From: Lepidodermella squamata
Taxonomy: Eukaryota; Animalia; Gastrotricha
Assembly: GCA_047495785.1 (NCBI GenBank)
Contig: JBLDXI010000054.1
Coordinates: 1,922,001-1,986,000, forward strand
Length of the DNA: 64,000 bases
Reading direction: 5' to 3'
Below the pieces are notes generated by a model, which was not told the DNA's origin, made no database searches, and worked only from the letters and a program-made list of their open reading frames with translations. Below are positions 1 through 14,685 of this stretch, one piece after another. Both the position numbers and the translations under genes were made by a program. The stretch's first letter is position 1, and each line of letters begins with the position of its first letter.

Positions 1-1990
1 CGAAACAATATTTTTGTACATTTCTCTATTGCGGCTCAAATTTTTTCAACTTATCGCCCTTGATGTAATAAATACTAAGTAAATAGTGGGATTTTATTCA
101 TCATGTGCTGTAGATGATGGTTTTGCGTGGCAGGTTAAAGCAAGAATATATATTGTTGTTTATTCAATTCGAATAAACAAAAATAGCATTTGCTTTGTCG
201 AATTTGAGCCGGATAATATGCTATTCTCGGCTGAAAGATGAATCTATAAATTGAACTGAAACACCCAAATTTAAAATTTGACACGGAAAGCAGCCTTTGG
301 CAAAATAGGGAATGGACTCGAAATTGTGACAGCGAACTGGTCACTTGTCAAAAGTAATATCAACCGGTCATGTGGCATTTAAGAAAAAGCAATAAATACT
401 CGATAAAGTAGCTCAATGAATTGGATATAGAAATTAGGCCGCAATATTTTTCAACAACGCCGCGTCCCTCCCGGCGTATTTCTATCAATTTTTTGTTAAT
501 GCGAAAAAATAACAGCCGCGAGGTCGTAGCATCAATGTCGGTGCTATGTGCATAAATTTTATAGTTTAACTACTGAAAAAATGTAATACATTTTTATGAA
601 GCCAGGGGGATTTTATCAGCGGTCAGCAAGCGATTATAAGTTTGCCAATTTTTAGACTACGAGAGCCACTTAACGGCGCCGAGCTAGAGGCGGCCGAATC
701 GAATTTTCATCGATATATTCTTTTTATTTACAAATTACATCGCGGCTTGTTTTGTTGCGTATAGTCGGTAGCTAAAGCAGCAGTACATTGCATATATACT
801 GACCCGTCTCTTAGAAGCCGCGGCCTATTTAGAGCGTAGCCAGACACCACAATTTGACTTGATTACTTCCGCTTTCTTAGGATTATGATAAACAAAAACA
901 AAATGCACAGCCAAGTATGTATAGACATCGTGCTTTTCTTTTACGTTATTAAACATTGGGCCAATTACTCTGGCAGTGATTTCGATATCGATTGAGGCTA
1001 ACAATTGTAAAACAATGTTGCACAGCGGTAAATAATAGTGGAATGAAGACGTAGGTAAACGCTATGCTAATGGAGAATGTTGATAAATAGCCCATTCATC
1101 GCGTATGCTATTGTCCTTGCCAAATAATCGCATTAAAACGCTAAGCATCAGGTTTTTTGTACATGGCAACTAGCGAATCGTTTTCTTGCAAAAAATACGG
1201 GACGGCACGAGTTACGAACCAATTTGGAAAAATAATCCCCTATTGATGAAAAAAACAGAGTACTCAGCAGCCACTGGACTGATCAGAAGGCTATTCACCA
1301 ACTCAGGCCCCAGCTTAAAACTGACATTACAAGAAATATGGATTCCTATACCTCGCTGTTATAACAATACAATGTGGATATCGTCATATCTCTCATTTAA
1401 GAACAAAAAATTTTCAGATTTTTTCCTCTTGAATTTTTTAACTGTGGTTAAATTTGGGCAATCCTTCTTGCGCTCAGATAGGAAAGATTAGAAATACTTG
1501 CTAGCATCGAAAAAATTGAATCGAATCGGAATGAAGTCACAAGTTGCGTGGCACAATTTTCGTGACATGTAATAATTCCAAACATTTTTCCAGTCATCGA
1601 AAATCGCACCCCAATGGGCTGGAATCTTCCTGATTATATCCGGAAAGTAAGGAAATTAAGCTATTACGCCATCGTGAAATGGTGAACACACCGTTTGCGC
1701 CGCAACTCAATCGCAGCTACTGTAGAGAAACAGTCACCTTTACTAAATAGGAATATCATCGGTATAAATTAGACGTCAAGGTGTGGAAGCAGAATGCAGA
1801 ATATCGGCATCAGTCAGCAATACATAGCATAGGTATCAATCTTTTTATAACCACTGCGTGTGAATAAATGGAAGTATAGAGGTGGGATAATAGAAGCTAC
1901 TACTGCTACCCTATCGAATATTTACAATACCATCAACGCGATTCAACGAAACATAGGATTCAGAGAAAGCGACGCGATATATCTTTGCAA

Positions 1991-2622
1991 TCATTTTCTC
2001 AGCGAAACAGAACCGGCTGCGAGGCTTCCAGTGGCTGATTTGCAGTCACTGCTGAATTCGCACTTCTTACTCTGAAAGTTGTAGACGATGCCCTTGCATT
2101 TGTCATTACGATTACAGCGGCTTGCACAAGTAGCGAGGTGCTCGGCTTCGCTGCTCGTGTAGACGTTGCCACAAGCAGAAGTGTTCCAGTCAAACAAAGG
2201 CAGAGCTGAATAATCAAATTGAAGTATTAAAATTCCTTCATTTTGACACAAAATCTTACGGAAAGCTTTTTCCCACATTTTCCTGTCAGATGGTGCATTT
2301 TTTACTTTATCCTTAGAGAAGGTAGCGCAGCGATTAAATAGCCTGCATTCAGACTTAGCTGCGATGTAGTCAATGTACATGCACCCTTTGCCTAGCTTCA
2401 TGCACCTCTCAGCACATGCATCCAGATTGGGCATGCTTTCCGCCTTGGCAGAATCAGAACAAAACTGTTTCGTATCCACGAAGTTGTAGGTGTCAATCAG
2501 AGCCGCATCTGTTTTGAAATGATGAAATTAATCCGCACAAGCGAAGAATCGACTTGATAATTCTTACCAGCGAACGCGACTACAGCACTGACGATTACAA
2601 AGGCAGAGAATGCGAGAGACAT
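1991..2622 (-). CDS. Secreted protein with two PAN/Apple-like domains (3 exons)
   Basis: ATG 2622 encodes signal peptide MSLAFSAFVIVSAVVAFA. GT-AG introns at 2567-2509 and 2259-2206. Two Cys repeats (CAERC..GC..ECRLFNRC; CASRC..KCKG..KCEFSSDC) fit PAN/Apple spacing. Confidence 0.75.
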
Positions 2623-3139
2623 TGTAATGTTATAGAAAGGTTGGTTTGAAGTGTTTTACGAAATTAAAACAGAATAATGATCGCCCTTTCGTTCTACTGG
2701 CTTTGTAAAATGGTGATGGCTGTTATCTAGAAGATTCTGCCGCTTCTTCTGTTAGAGCAGCTGCAAGCCGAAATCGATAGGCCAGGTCTGCTTGCGTGGC
2801 GGTACGTGAAAATATATTATTCCTAACAAATATACTCAAACACGTGGCGAAAACGAGAAAAAAGACATCGGTGGAAATGAACTCCGGCAAAACGAGCTTA
2901 TATGCATTAGCATTCCTTAAAAATGTCTTCGTCTCAGCTGTATTTTTGAGTTAACACGGCAAGCTGCATTCTAGTTTTTCCGAGCTTTATTCACAAAACA
3001 CCCAACGCCCAACGGAGTCTAAGCTACATTCAGCTTTCAGCGAGAGCCAGCCAGATAGAATTTTCGAATTTCCCATTCAACTTTTGCTCCAGCACCATCT
3101 GACACCATTTGATCCACCTGTCCAGCACAGTGCTGGACG

Positions 3140-3500
3140 GTTGAGGAGAACTTGACGAGAGCAGAGATTTCTTCATCTTATTCTTTCTCACGGGTACGAC
3201 CTCCGTCTTAAGTTATCTTTGCCACGTACGACATCGTGATATTTCACTCGCCCAGGTCTCTCATGAGAGCTTTACCAAGAGCTAACGAATAAGCTGAAGT
3301 TTGATCACCGTCAAACTAGATTCTGAAACTCACCGTAGTTGCGTCAGGATGGCCATCGACGATAATTGCGACTTGCTTCCAACAAGCGGTTGCGACAAAA
3401 GACAAAATAAGCCATTCCTGTTGAGTAGAAATCAGCCCTTTCTCCAAACGTGTAGTAGTTACTGTAAAGGGTCTCGGAGTATTCCTGCTTGATTAGCTTC
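3140..3500 (-). pseudogene. Degenerate fragment of a GABA-B-like class C GPCR (paralog of 7334-10037)
   Basis: Manual translation TLYSNYYTFGERADFYSTGMAYFV/fs/WKQVAII then LMRDLGE*NITMSYVAKIT*..REKE*DEE aligns with TIFSNYYSLGERADFYVTGMADFV..WKQVVII and SRDLDERNITTKYIATL..RENEYDEE. Contains a frameshift and three stops; the intron position is shared. Confidence 0.8.
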
Positions 3501-4055
3501 ATTGCTTCATTGGTTACGTTTTTGAAGCTGATAAACTAAGCGCCAAAAGTTCCTGAGAATAATGCGTAGGTGCAAATGTAACCCCAAACCTCATCGGAAA
3601 TATATTTTGAATACATTAGAACTGATAGAAGCAAAGGCTCAACTGGACAATGTAGATGTGTGGCTTATTAGCCTTGGTTCCAGAAAATCAACTCCAATGG
3701 GATCAGCGAGCAGACGAATATCAGACTCATCCCACAGCTGACAATGCTTCCAGCTAATATATAAGATTAACCTTTAAGAGGTTAACAAGTGGGGTGTCCA
3801 ATATCTAGTCTCGAGCTATTCTTTATTAACAAACCAGCTAGCACTAGAATAAAATCTCAAGCCTCCAGTTCAGCCTCCATGTCTGAAATAATGGATTGCC
3901 CTTCGAATTCATTTCTTAAATCTCAAATTTCCCCAAACATGTTTTCGAGCCGAAGTCCAGCTTCTAACCGCACAAATACAACATCAAAACGTCAGTTCAT
4001 CGTCGAATCTCACGATACAAACTGCAATATTATTCAAAAATAGTGAATCGTATTT

Positions 4056-5384
4056 TCAAGTTGCAATGATCACAAATATGGTGACATCAGCCGCGAGCAT
4101 GCATGTTACCATAGTGGAGTAAAAGATAAGATCGATGAAACGTATCAAGCTGACATTTTTCAGTGTTATCGAGCAGCCGAGCGTGTCACTGTATAAGTAG
4201 ACCTGCCTCTGAAACACTGCCTTGTGTGCTAGATCACATGCTAGCAGCGCGTAAAGAGTGGCGCAGGCACTCGCCATCATTTGAATGGCGAGAAAAACAA
4301 CGATATAGGCAATCTGTGATGACTTTGGGATAGATTCATTTATCACACTTTGAATCACCGCATACGCTAAAACTACAGTTATGCAAAAATTCGGCCGATC
4401 TGGCATCTCAGGTGGCATCAGGGAGGAAGCCATGAACATTACTTGAAGGCAGAAACAGGGCAAGAAAATGTTAGTTAGGTATATCTCACTACGACGTTTG
4501 ATTACAAAGGTGAAAACAGCTTGGTGGTAGATCAAGTCTGAAGATGGGTATTTCTTGATGTGAATTGTGGCGTTGACTGATTCTAAGGTCCATACTTCAA
4601 CCTTACTGATAAATGTTGAAACGTCGACGTAAATCCCGTCCCCTGATAATGCCACCTTCACCATTTTCGTATTTTCCCAAGATTCGAATGTGACGCTACA
4701 CACTTGGGTGTCAAATGGGAAGAAGTCAAGCTCCAACCCGCAGAAAAATGAGAATGTAGACAAAACCGGCCATAGAGTTGAGCCGTCCTTGTTGAAATAG
4801 ACTCGCGAGCTAGGGGCGAGGCTTTCGAATGGGACAATGTCAGAGATCGCGTTCACCATGATGAACGTTGGGTACCATGTTTCAACAGCTCTCAGCTTGA
4901 AATAGTCCACGTCAACTGTTGGGTCATTGCTCCAGTCCACGCATGGATGATTCCATGTCAGATCCATTTCAGCAATCAATGTGAATCTAGAAAACAAGTT
5001 CCTTAGCAACCGTTGCTAAGATAAAGAGTACTGAAAAATTTCCCATTCCCAATTTTGTTTCTATAGTCTAGCGTTTAGTGCTTACGTTTGCTCCTTGTCG
5101 TTTAGTCCTCGGAAACTGATAGGCAGAAAAGTTATTGTAACATTCATGCCATCTCTGTATTTTCGAAGAGGCCTGCTTTTTGCGTACAAATTGCAGCGAT
5201 CGATGACTCGCGCTGCTAGCGCTTCTTCTTCCGCCGAATAAACATCAGAATCTTGTTTTGCCGGGACTGCCGCCGCAACAGTAGTTATCGCATGTGGAGT
5301 TGTAACTTGGCCCGGGATGATTGTTGGATTGTCTGCTTTCGATTGCCCCAGCAAAAGAAATGACATGAAAATCTGTGAGATCAT
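4056..5384 (-). CDS. Divergent Cys-loop ligand-gated ion channel subunit (non-alpha, 2 exons)
   Basis: Signal peptide; intron 5085-4987; Cys-loop CGLELDFFPFDTQVC (C-x13-C); WYP motif; four TM segments with M2 DRPNFCITVVLA. Confidence 0.9.
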
Positions 5385-5711
5385 TGAATTAATGTTATTC
5401 CGGTTATATCTCTTCGACGATGCGAATACCGTTGCGTGCGTATATTCCGGTATGCCCTTGGGACAGAAATAGTGAGTAAACTTGATGCGCTTACTATTAC
5501 TATCAATTATTAAACTTGTTTGCCAGCCCTAGGTTACAAATGAAACTTGCGTGGACAAATACAGTGCAGCCAGGATTCGGCGGAAATTTTAGACAAAAAA
5601 ACACAGAATACATCAGCGTTTGATCGATATGAAATCGAGCTAATTAACGATCACGCAAATTCAATTCCATATCTGCATTAGATTTCAATTTTATTCGAGG
5701 AAATACAGCTT

Positions 5712-6590
5712 TTACAGAGCCATTTTCTCGGCAATCCAGTCTAAATAGTGAGCAACACGAACGTAGACCGGGGGGCGTGAGTTGCCAGTGCAGCCCACGT
5801 GACCGAACGAGACGATGCCAACCAAAATATGCATGCCGTCATCTTCGATAACCGACAACGGCCCACCAGAATCGCCATTGCAGTGCGAGGTGTCACGCTT
5901 TGATGCGCACATCATAGGACCGCTACGCCATTCATTTTTCTAAAAACAAATTCTCAGCAAAGTGTTCTATTTTAGAATTTCATTCAGTACCCAATAATTA
6001 GCGCAGTGCGAGTCTGTTAGAGCCTTCAGAGTCGCTGTTTGGACCAGATCTGGCATATCTCGATTATCCCCCTTAGCTGTGTTACCCCACCCAGCAAGGG
6101 TGACAATCCGGTTGTCAACATTGTACTCCTTGCTTTCAGGCAAGCAGATTGTGTTGACCATGTTTGACGAAAAGTCGATCTTAGTCTTCAATTTCAAGAG
6201 GGCAATGTCGTTTTGTCGCGACTCTGACTTGTTGTACTGGGCGTGGCGGTGAATCTTCTCGACATAGTAGTCCTTAGCATCGGGCTCGACCGTCGGGCCA
6301 GCTGAGTGGTTGTAGGCGCCGATTCTGATGGTCAAGCCACTTGGGCTCGAGCCGACGCAGTGAGCAGCGGTTAGGATGTATTGGTCGTCGATAATAGAGC
6401 CGCCGCAAGAGTGATGGGTGCCTTTGTTAGAGCGGAGGGAGATCAACCACGGGAACTGGCCCTTTTGAGCGGTTGTACCGCCGACGACTCGGCTCAATCG
6501 TGTCTTCGTACGACCGCAGCCAAAGCCGTTGATCGAGGCTGAGGCGAGGCCAAATACAGCGAATAGTGATAAAACGATTACCGATTTCAT
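5712..6590 (-). CDS. Secreted S1 serine protease (chymotrypsin/elastase-type pocket)
   Basis: Signal peptide from ATG 6590; R-VVGG activation site; TAAHC, NDIAL and GDSGGP triad motifs; intron 5990-5940; Ser at position 189. Confidence 0.93.
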
Positions 6591-7333
6591 TATTTTAGCC
6601 TTAAGCGAATGATTTACAGAGTAACGGTTAACGTATTTATATACACTATAATCAAGGCCGTGGGACCCATGCGGCGAGAGTCGCACGCCTTAGCCGCCTA
6701 CTGAAAACCGAGACAGAATTTTACAACCTGCGTCTGGGCGAGAAACTGTCGCGATTGATAAAGCATTGACCGATATCTCGAATTCTTGGAGTTCACATGG
6801 CGAGCGATATTCGAGGTATACTCAAGCCAAAATCTCCATATGCATTAGCTTTATGCGATGATCAAAGCTGAGAACTGAGAACAGTTATTTGTGAAGTTGG
6901 TGCTAAAATGATTTAAAAAAACAGGCTTTCCATGAGACACAATTTCATCAGGATATTTAACATCTGATATGGCTCTCATTTTACCCTTGAGAGATTGCGT
7001 GTGTAAAGTGGAACGTTCATTAAAAAATGTTAACGCAAATAATTGATTATTTTGTTGTTGCCAGCATGCATCGCTGAGTCATTAATAATGTATGTATCAT
7101 GTAATCATAATTTTTGGCCTCCAGATTTTCTGCAAGGTCGAAACAGACAGTTTTCTTGCTGTTGATTCAATTACTGATCAGACAATCCTAAATGTCGATT
7201 TTCAAGTCACAGTTCCAGGTACATTATCAGTTTCTCAATTCAGTTCGTAAATTCATGGGATCCTTCCCGCTTGGAATTTGTGGACGACAGCGCCCGTCTG
7301 CTTTGAAGTCTGACATTTTTCACTACCAGCTGT

Positions 7334-10037
7334 TCAACTTCGTGATAAACGAGTGATCGATGCATTGTGAGCCATCGAAACTCCGGGTTTCGTCAAGTAA
7401 TTCGCTAGAATGAGTATCACACTGCTAACCGCGACAACAAGGGAAAAGAAGGAAAACAACAATGCTAGGGCCAAGTTGTTGCCAAGCAACAGCAATCCAA
7501 TTAACAATGACGCGAGAATCAGTACAACTACAGCGTAAATGAAGTATGGCCATTTAGCTACTGTCGAGATCTCATTAACAAGAGATTGCTGGCCTCCCGT
7601 GGAATCTATGCGTTTCACCCTAGCATGGAACTTGTAAGCAACTAGAGCTGAATATAAAATCGAAACAATTTTCAGACCCAAAGCGGCAATAAATAACCCG
7701 CCAATGATTGGTTCGTCGAAAATTCGCTCGATGGAGCATTCAATCCTCGTGTTCTCAATAACCTGACTGACCCCAATACGGATTACATCAATCCTGCTTT
7801 CGATGACCATAAAAGGGGAACTGCTTAACATCGCGATGAAGAGGCACGTTGAAATAACACAGGGTGTTAGTAGGAAAAATCGACCATTTTCGGTAGGGTG
7901 GAATCCGATCGATGACACTCGAGAGACTTTTCTCGAAACTCTACGAAGTGTAGTTGGGAAATTTGATACCACACTAACTGCTGAGGGAAAAGTGGGTAAC
8001 ATTGCGATGTTTGACAGCTTTTGCATTATTTTCAAGGTGGATCCAATGACAACCATAACAAGACCAAGCCAAATAAGGATAGAAATGAATGTGCATATGG
8101 TGGAAGGGTCCGAAAGAGGGTAAAGTGGATACAGATAAGTGTGAATCGATAACAAAATCGAGCCTGCTGCAACCAAGTGATCCTCCTTCGTGAATTCATA
8201 TCGCTCTTTCATCATCTGGATTGATTGGAGTATGTAAGGTACAATGGACAGTAAAATACAAACAGACGAAACAACTGAAAAAAAATAAACAATGAACAAT
8301 AAACAATAATTTTAATGAAAACCTTACCTTTCAAAGCCAAGTTCAACTCAAAAGGAATTAGAGGTAGGAAACTTTTTATAACAATCAGTCGATCAGCTGG
8401 GATTGAATTATCAGGAGTAGGCCAAATGACTTGGCTCCAGAATACATGAGATTTGCTCGCTATATCGTTAGATTTGTAGTATCCAATGGTCTTGATTTGA
8501 GATACCTTAGTTCCATTTAAAGTCAAGATTTTGGTTTGCTGCACAGCTAAAGGGAGAGCGCCAGTCGACCACTTTAATGTGGTATTAAACGAATACTCTC
8601 CTTTGAATCCAGTAAAGTTGAGATTATCCAGAGCTCTTCTGAAGGCGTCTTCGAAAATTGGGTCTTTCTCTCGAGCACCAGTTGGCTTCATCCAATCATA
8701 GAGTGTCCGATTACCTAGAATTATCGTAATAATTAGAATAACTTGAAGCTGCTTCTGCCCTTACTTCTTCGCAAGATTGCTTCTGTTCCATTAAGAACTA
8801 GCCCAATAGCCATTGTTCTGTCGTAGTAAGCTGTTACCCAGTACTTCCAGTTGTAAATTTGCGACGTGTTTTTCGCGATTGAAGTCACATGGTCGTAAAG
8901 ATCGTTCGCCCGAATCCCAGTCGTATCCGTGGTATCAGGTCCGAGAACTTCAGCCATCGAAACGTCTCCAATAGCGATAGCCCCGTCAAGAACTTGAAGA
9001 ACCATGTCCCTCGTACACCATTGCGAGACGAATTTAGGAATGGAAGCCGTTTCGTCAAACATATAGAACGTTAGAGTAATGAAAATCTGCCCAGGACCGA
9101 AGAGGCCATTTTTGTGAAGGTAGCAGGCTATCGGTACGTTGTAGCTTGCAACTGATAGGATAATTCGAGGCGCAATCTTAGCGATAACAGCAAACTCTTC
9201 GTCGTACTCGTTTTCGCGAATGTCTCTATCGTAAGGCAGGGTGGCGATGTATTTCGTGGTTATATTCCTTTCATCGAGATCGCGTGACAACGTTTTAACA
9301 AGCTAGGTAAGAGAAAATCAATTATTCCACATAGCCGAAGTCCGAAGTGTAAACTTACAGTTGTCAAATATCGACTGTCTTCGGTAATAATGACGACTTG
9401 CTTCCAGCCAGCTTTAGCCACGAAATCGGCCATTCCGGTGACGTAGAAATCGGCACGTTCACCGAGCGAGTAATAATTGCTGAAAATCGTTTTTCGATTG
9501 TCATAGTTTTCGACATTGTTCGAATACAATGTGATCTGAAAATTACAGTTTTATGAAACAAAGAGCTGGAACAAACTTACCAGGGTTAGGTTGTATCCTT
9601 TCAAAATTAATGGCGAGTGGCGATGGCTAGTTGAGTCGCATTCTGTCCCTGCAACAATCGGCAGTCTTTCTTGAATTTCGATATCCAACTTGTTCAGAAG
9701 CCTTGAAAAGAAAGCCTCCGCTCGACACTGGATGAACATGTTGTGTTCTATCGAAGTTATCTAACATTTTATAATTCAAAATTACGTTTTCGAAGAAAAT
9801 TTCGAAGTTCAAATCGTAATCTGCGAGCCAGTTCTGCATACCATGGAGCCTACCAAGGGCATATCTCATCGCTATTTTGGCGACATAACCCTCAGGACGA
9901 ATGAGAGGGGCATCAAGAAGGCAATAGAGTAGCTGCAGTTGCTTTCTCTCAATGCCATTGGGACTATTTCTAGGCAGGCTTATCAGCTCAAGACCGCTGG
10001 CTATCGTGATAGCAATGGAAAAGGTGAGAAGCTTCAT
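7334..10037 (-). CDS. GABA-B-like class C GPCR (Venus flytrap + 7TM, multi-exon)
   Basis: Signal peptide; VFT motifs (GWKQVVII, RIIL, CYLHKNGLFGPG, FTGFKGEYSF) spread over ORF fragments separated by short GT-AG introns; seven hydrophobic segments in the last exon; no cysteine-rich domain. Confidence 0.82.
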
Positions 10038-10359
10038 CCTGATTTAACTTCGAAGAAAGATTTTTAAAGATGGAGTTTATATCACACCGCTCGCATGCTT
10101 GTGAATGGAAAGATCATTAACGAAGCATGTGTTACACCCACTCGAGCAGACAGGCATGACTTGATTAGGGCTATTTCCGTTCCAAAGGCTTTTGAAACAG
10201 CTCTCAATGACTGCGAGATTCATTCACGTCTCATCGGGTCATTTATTTATAGCATTTACCTTGATCACTCTTTTCTCGAATAAATTGAAAAGGATCCTTA
10301 AAACACGTTGAAATTGCATACATCGACACTCTGATTCTCACTTTTATTTTGCACTAGTT

Positions 10360-11478
<1,119 letters not shown>

Positions 11479-11805
11479 CTACTTAGATAAGAAATTGACC
11501 TAAAGAGAATGAGCGACGGCTGGACGCCGGGTCAAACTAATGACCGACATACTGTTTCTGGTCCAGCAACTTCATTTTGCATTTATGATGAATCACTTCA
11601 CATTGACTAGCTAAATACCAACACGTCAACAACCAATCGCACTGATGTCAATTTCAATGTTATTCAATGTAGACAGGCATTAGGCGCTGATTCGTTTCGA
11701 AGGCAACTGACACAACTGTAAATAATGAAACCTATCAAACAAATAGTTGGCCTCATTCGCTTATTCTGTGCTGATTGATAACTCTTTCGAGAACGAATAA
11801 AGTTA

Positions 11806-11995
11806 CAGTAAAAGTTGTGTAAACCGGAATCGTTTAAACCGGAATTTCTCTAAACCGGACGGATTTCAGTGGCTTTTGCAGAAAGCATGTATGCACTTTA
11901 CATTATAAATTTGTCGTCTAAACCGGACTTTATAACCGGACTTCTCCTAATTCGGAGCGATTTCAGACGTGGGAAGGTTAAAACGTCCGGTTTAG
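11806..11995. repeat. Probable Tc1/mariner-pogo-type MITE remnant with AAACCGGA subterminal repeats
   Basis: Begins TA|CAGTAAAA; several (A)AACCGGA motifs and one inverted TCCGGTTT; no clear right TIR. Confidence 0.35.
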
Positions 11996-12961
11996 ACCAT
12001 TTTTTCCTTGTTTTCGTCATTTTCAAAGCGGTTGGAACCTGGCTTTTCCGAGGCGTTAACTTTGGTGTTGCTTATAAATGACAGCCAAAGCTTGGATGAT
12101 GCACTGCGCCGCCTCCGCCTCCGAAATATGACGATTAACTCTTACTTGACTACTATTTTGTGAATAATTTGGAAACCAAATTTGCAAAGGATAGATACTT
12201 GGTGCTATACGATATCACTTGTTACAAGATCTAATTGATCAGTGAATACCTAAATCAAGGTAATGGATTAGGATTTTAGGGAGTTTCAGGAACTTTGGCG
12301 AAGTCCATCAAAATGAAAAAATGCCGGCTAAATCGTTTAGCGATCCTAGCCGAAGTCACAAAAGCTTTGTTGTGTTAGCTAAAGTTAGCTTGACTGGAGG
12401 GATTTCAACAGGATGGCCTGGGGAGAGAAGGATTTGATGCCAAGCAATATGTGTAACATATACCAAGTCATACTTCCACAAAAGACGGCAGGGATTTCAT
12501 AGTCCAACAATTTTATAGACCGCAAAACGTTTTATAGATAAACTTTTATAGATGAACGCGATTCATGAGATGGCAGCATCTGCCCGGATCTCAAATGTAC
12601 AAGAAAGCGTTGGTGTGTGAAAAAATAACGGCATGATTTATCTCATTAAATTTGAGAAGATAAACTTTGCAACTCATTTGTCTGACTTCAGCTTTTCATG
12701 TCCGATAACCTCTTAGTCCGTGGGTTTTTCGAGGGTTTCCCACTTTGGCTTGCCGAACTGGGGGGTGCGACACCCCTCATTCCCCCTCGTCCTTCGCGCC
12801 CTGGCCGCTGAGCTCCAGAAACGTTCGGAAGTTCATCGTTATTAACGGTTCAGACTTGCTTCAGACTCACAACATGTCTTTTGATTGATTTACTTCGTCC
12901 CGATACTAAATTGACTATAGCAAAATAACAACCAACAACCAAGCACACTATAGGTACAATT

Positions 12962-14388
12962 TCATTCAGTTATCCCTCGAGTAGTCATGTTCAGATCGGA
13001 CTCTTCAGTAGTTGACGGGGAAATTACAGGCTGATTAACAAAAGTCGAATTGATCTGGTCATCGCCTGATTGTTGTGGAACTCTGGCGATCAATACAAAG
13101 CAATAAGCATTTGCAGCCAATAAGACTAAGAAGGAAAACGTTGCTATCGCTAAATCAACACACCTGACCAGGCGTATCTTCAAATCATACGGAAGTTGAA
13201 AGACTCGACTGCCAGTTGACGACTCGGCAAAAGGAACAGCAAAAGCTGCATATACTGTTAGGAAGATTGACACGCAAAAATCTACTTCGATGAGTATTAG
13301 AAGGTAAATAGGCTGAGGCGTCTTAGGAACTGACGAATAAATTGTTGAAAGAAGAATGAAAAATGCGAGGACTACGGTGACCATGTAAGACGGCCTATCG
13401 ACTTGTTCTGGGCCAATGGCCATTCCGGAAAGTTGCAGCAACAATAACGCCACATTAGGTATTATAATTAACCCGATGTAGTATTCATACCGGTGATGTA
13501 AGTTAATCACAAAGTTTACAACTAAGAAATGTATGTTATCATCGAGAGAGGGAAGTTGTATGCAACCCCCATGACACGAAGGCGATAATGCCCATATGCC
13601 ATCATTAGCTTGACTGAATGCTTGCCGACCCATTGCAAATGACAATTGTGAATACCAAACAGATTCGTCATCGTATAGCGACTCTAGCTCGATTGAGCAG
13701 GTAACATCATTAAAAGGAAACGTTTCCAAATTTAACTCGCTGCAAAACGCATCCAATCTTGTGAAAATCTGAAGCCGACCAACAACCTTTCCGAATGGTT
13801 GGTAGGTTATGAACTCGAGGCCGTAGTCGATTTCAGCGTTCGAGCTCTTCAAATTTCTTAATTTTAGCATCGGATACCATGTGTTCATCCGTTCGCGCCT
13901 GAAACCATAGATTCTGTTGCCAAGGCTAAGGAAATCCATAACACGTGGGAAATATTCAGAGTCGTTCGTGAATGCTCTACAGTCAAATGATGGCATGTCC
14001 CAAGATATTTCGATATTCACGTGCACTGAAAAACTAATGGCAAACAAAGGCAAAATCGGTGAATAGAAAATTCAGAAGTAACTTAGAAACTTAAATCAAG
14101 TCTATGTACCGTGCGATTTGACTGTCATTCCACTAAAGCTCACTTTCAAGATGAAACTTCTCACCTTTGATCAACCATGTTCACATCAATCAAACGAGTG
14201 ATTTCCAGCGAAACGTTTGCATGAATCGGCAGTTCGCTGTATTTATTTCGAAGTTTGATTTCGACTGGCAAATCGGTCGACTTTGCTAGAGGGCACATAG
14301 ATGAGAAAAACTTTCCTGCCAATTCCTCAATTATTGCCCCATTGCAGTGCCCAGTGATGATGAGCAATAAGAGGGAGAAAATCGGCAT
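12962..14388 (-). CDS. Divergent Cys-loop LGIC subunit (2 exons)
   Basis: Signal exon 14388-~14165; Cys-loop CSELNLETFPFNDVTC; WYP; M2 DRPSYMVTVVLA; 4 TM. Confidence 0.88.
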
Positions 14389-14685
14389 TCTTGCACTGTG
14401 ATCTCACGTACCTAGAGGTGAAAATTCAACACTTTCCGCAATCCGCAATGAAGAAGAGAATTGTCTACTGATTTTATCAGCTTCCCCTGCTCACCTTTGT
14501 ATGGCACTGCTTTCCGAGATCAATGCAAAGCAAACATGCTCGGAACCGGAAATTTGCTTACTTTTAGATGAAAAACTGGCGCTCCTATCTGAACAGTCTG
14601 ATTTTGTGCAGGTGCAAGGTGCATGCTTGTGCATTATTGTAAACTCTCGAGAATAACAGCTCTCCATTTTAATACTGTGAATTCG

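Noticed and set aside
2206-2259. Stop-free in-frame inserts (also 45134-45190) as coding sequence
   Set aside because: Both have canonical GT(A/G)AG donors and CAG acceptors, typical intron size, and interrupt domain or repeat spacing.
3789-4010. Minus-strand frame interrupted mainly by TGA, as possible selenoprotein or recoding
   Set aside because: It adjoins a decayed GPCR pseudogene that also has TAA stops and frameshifts; ordinary decay is the simpler explanation.
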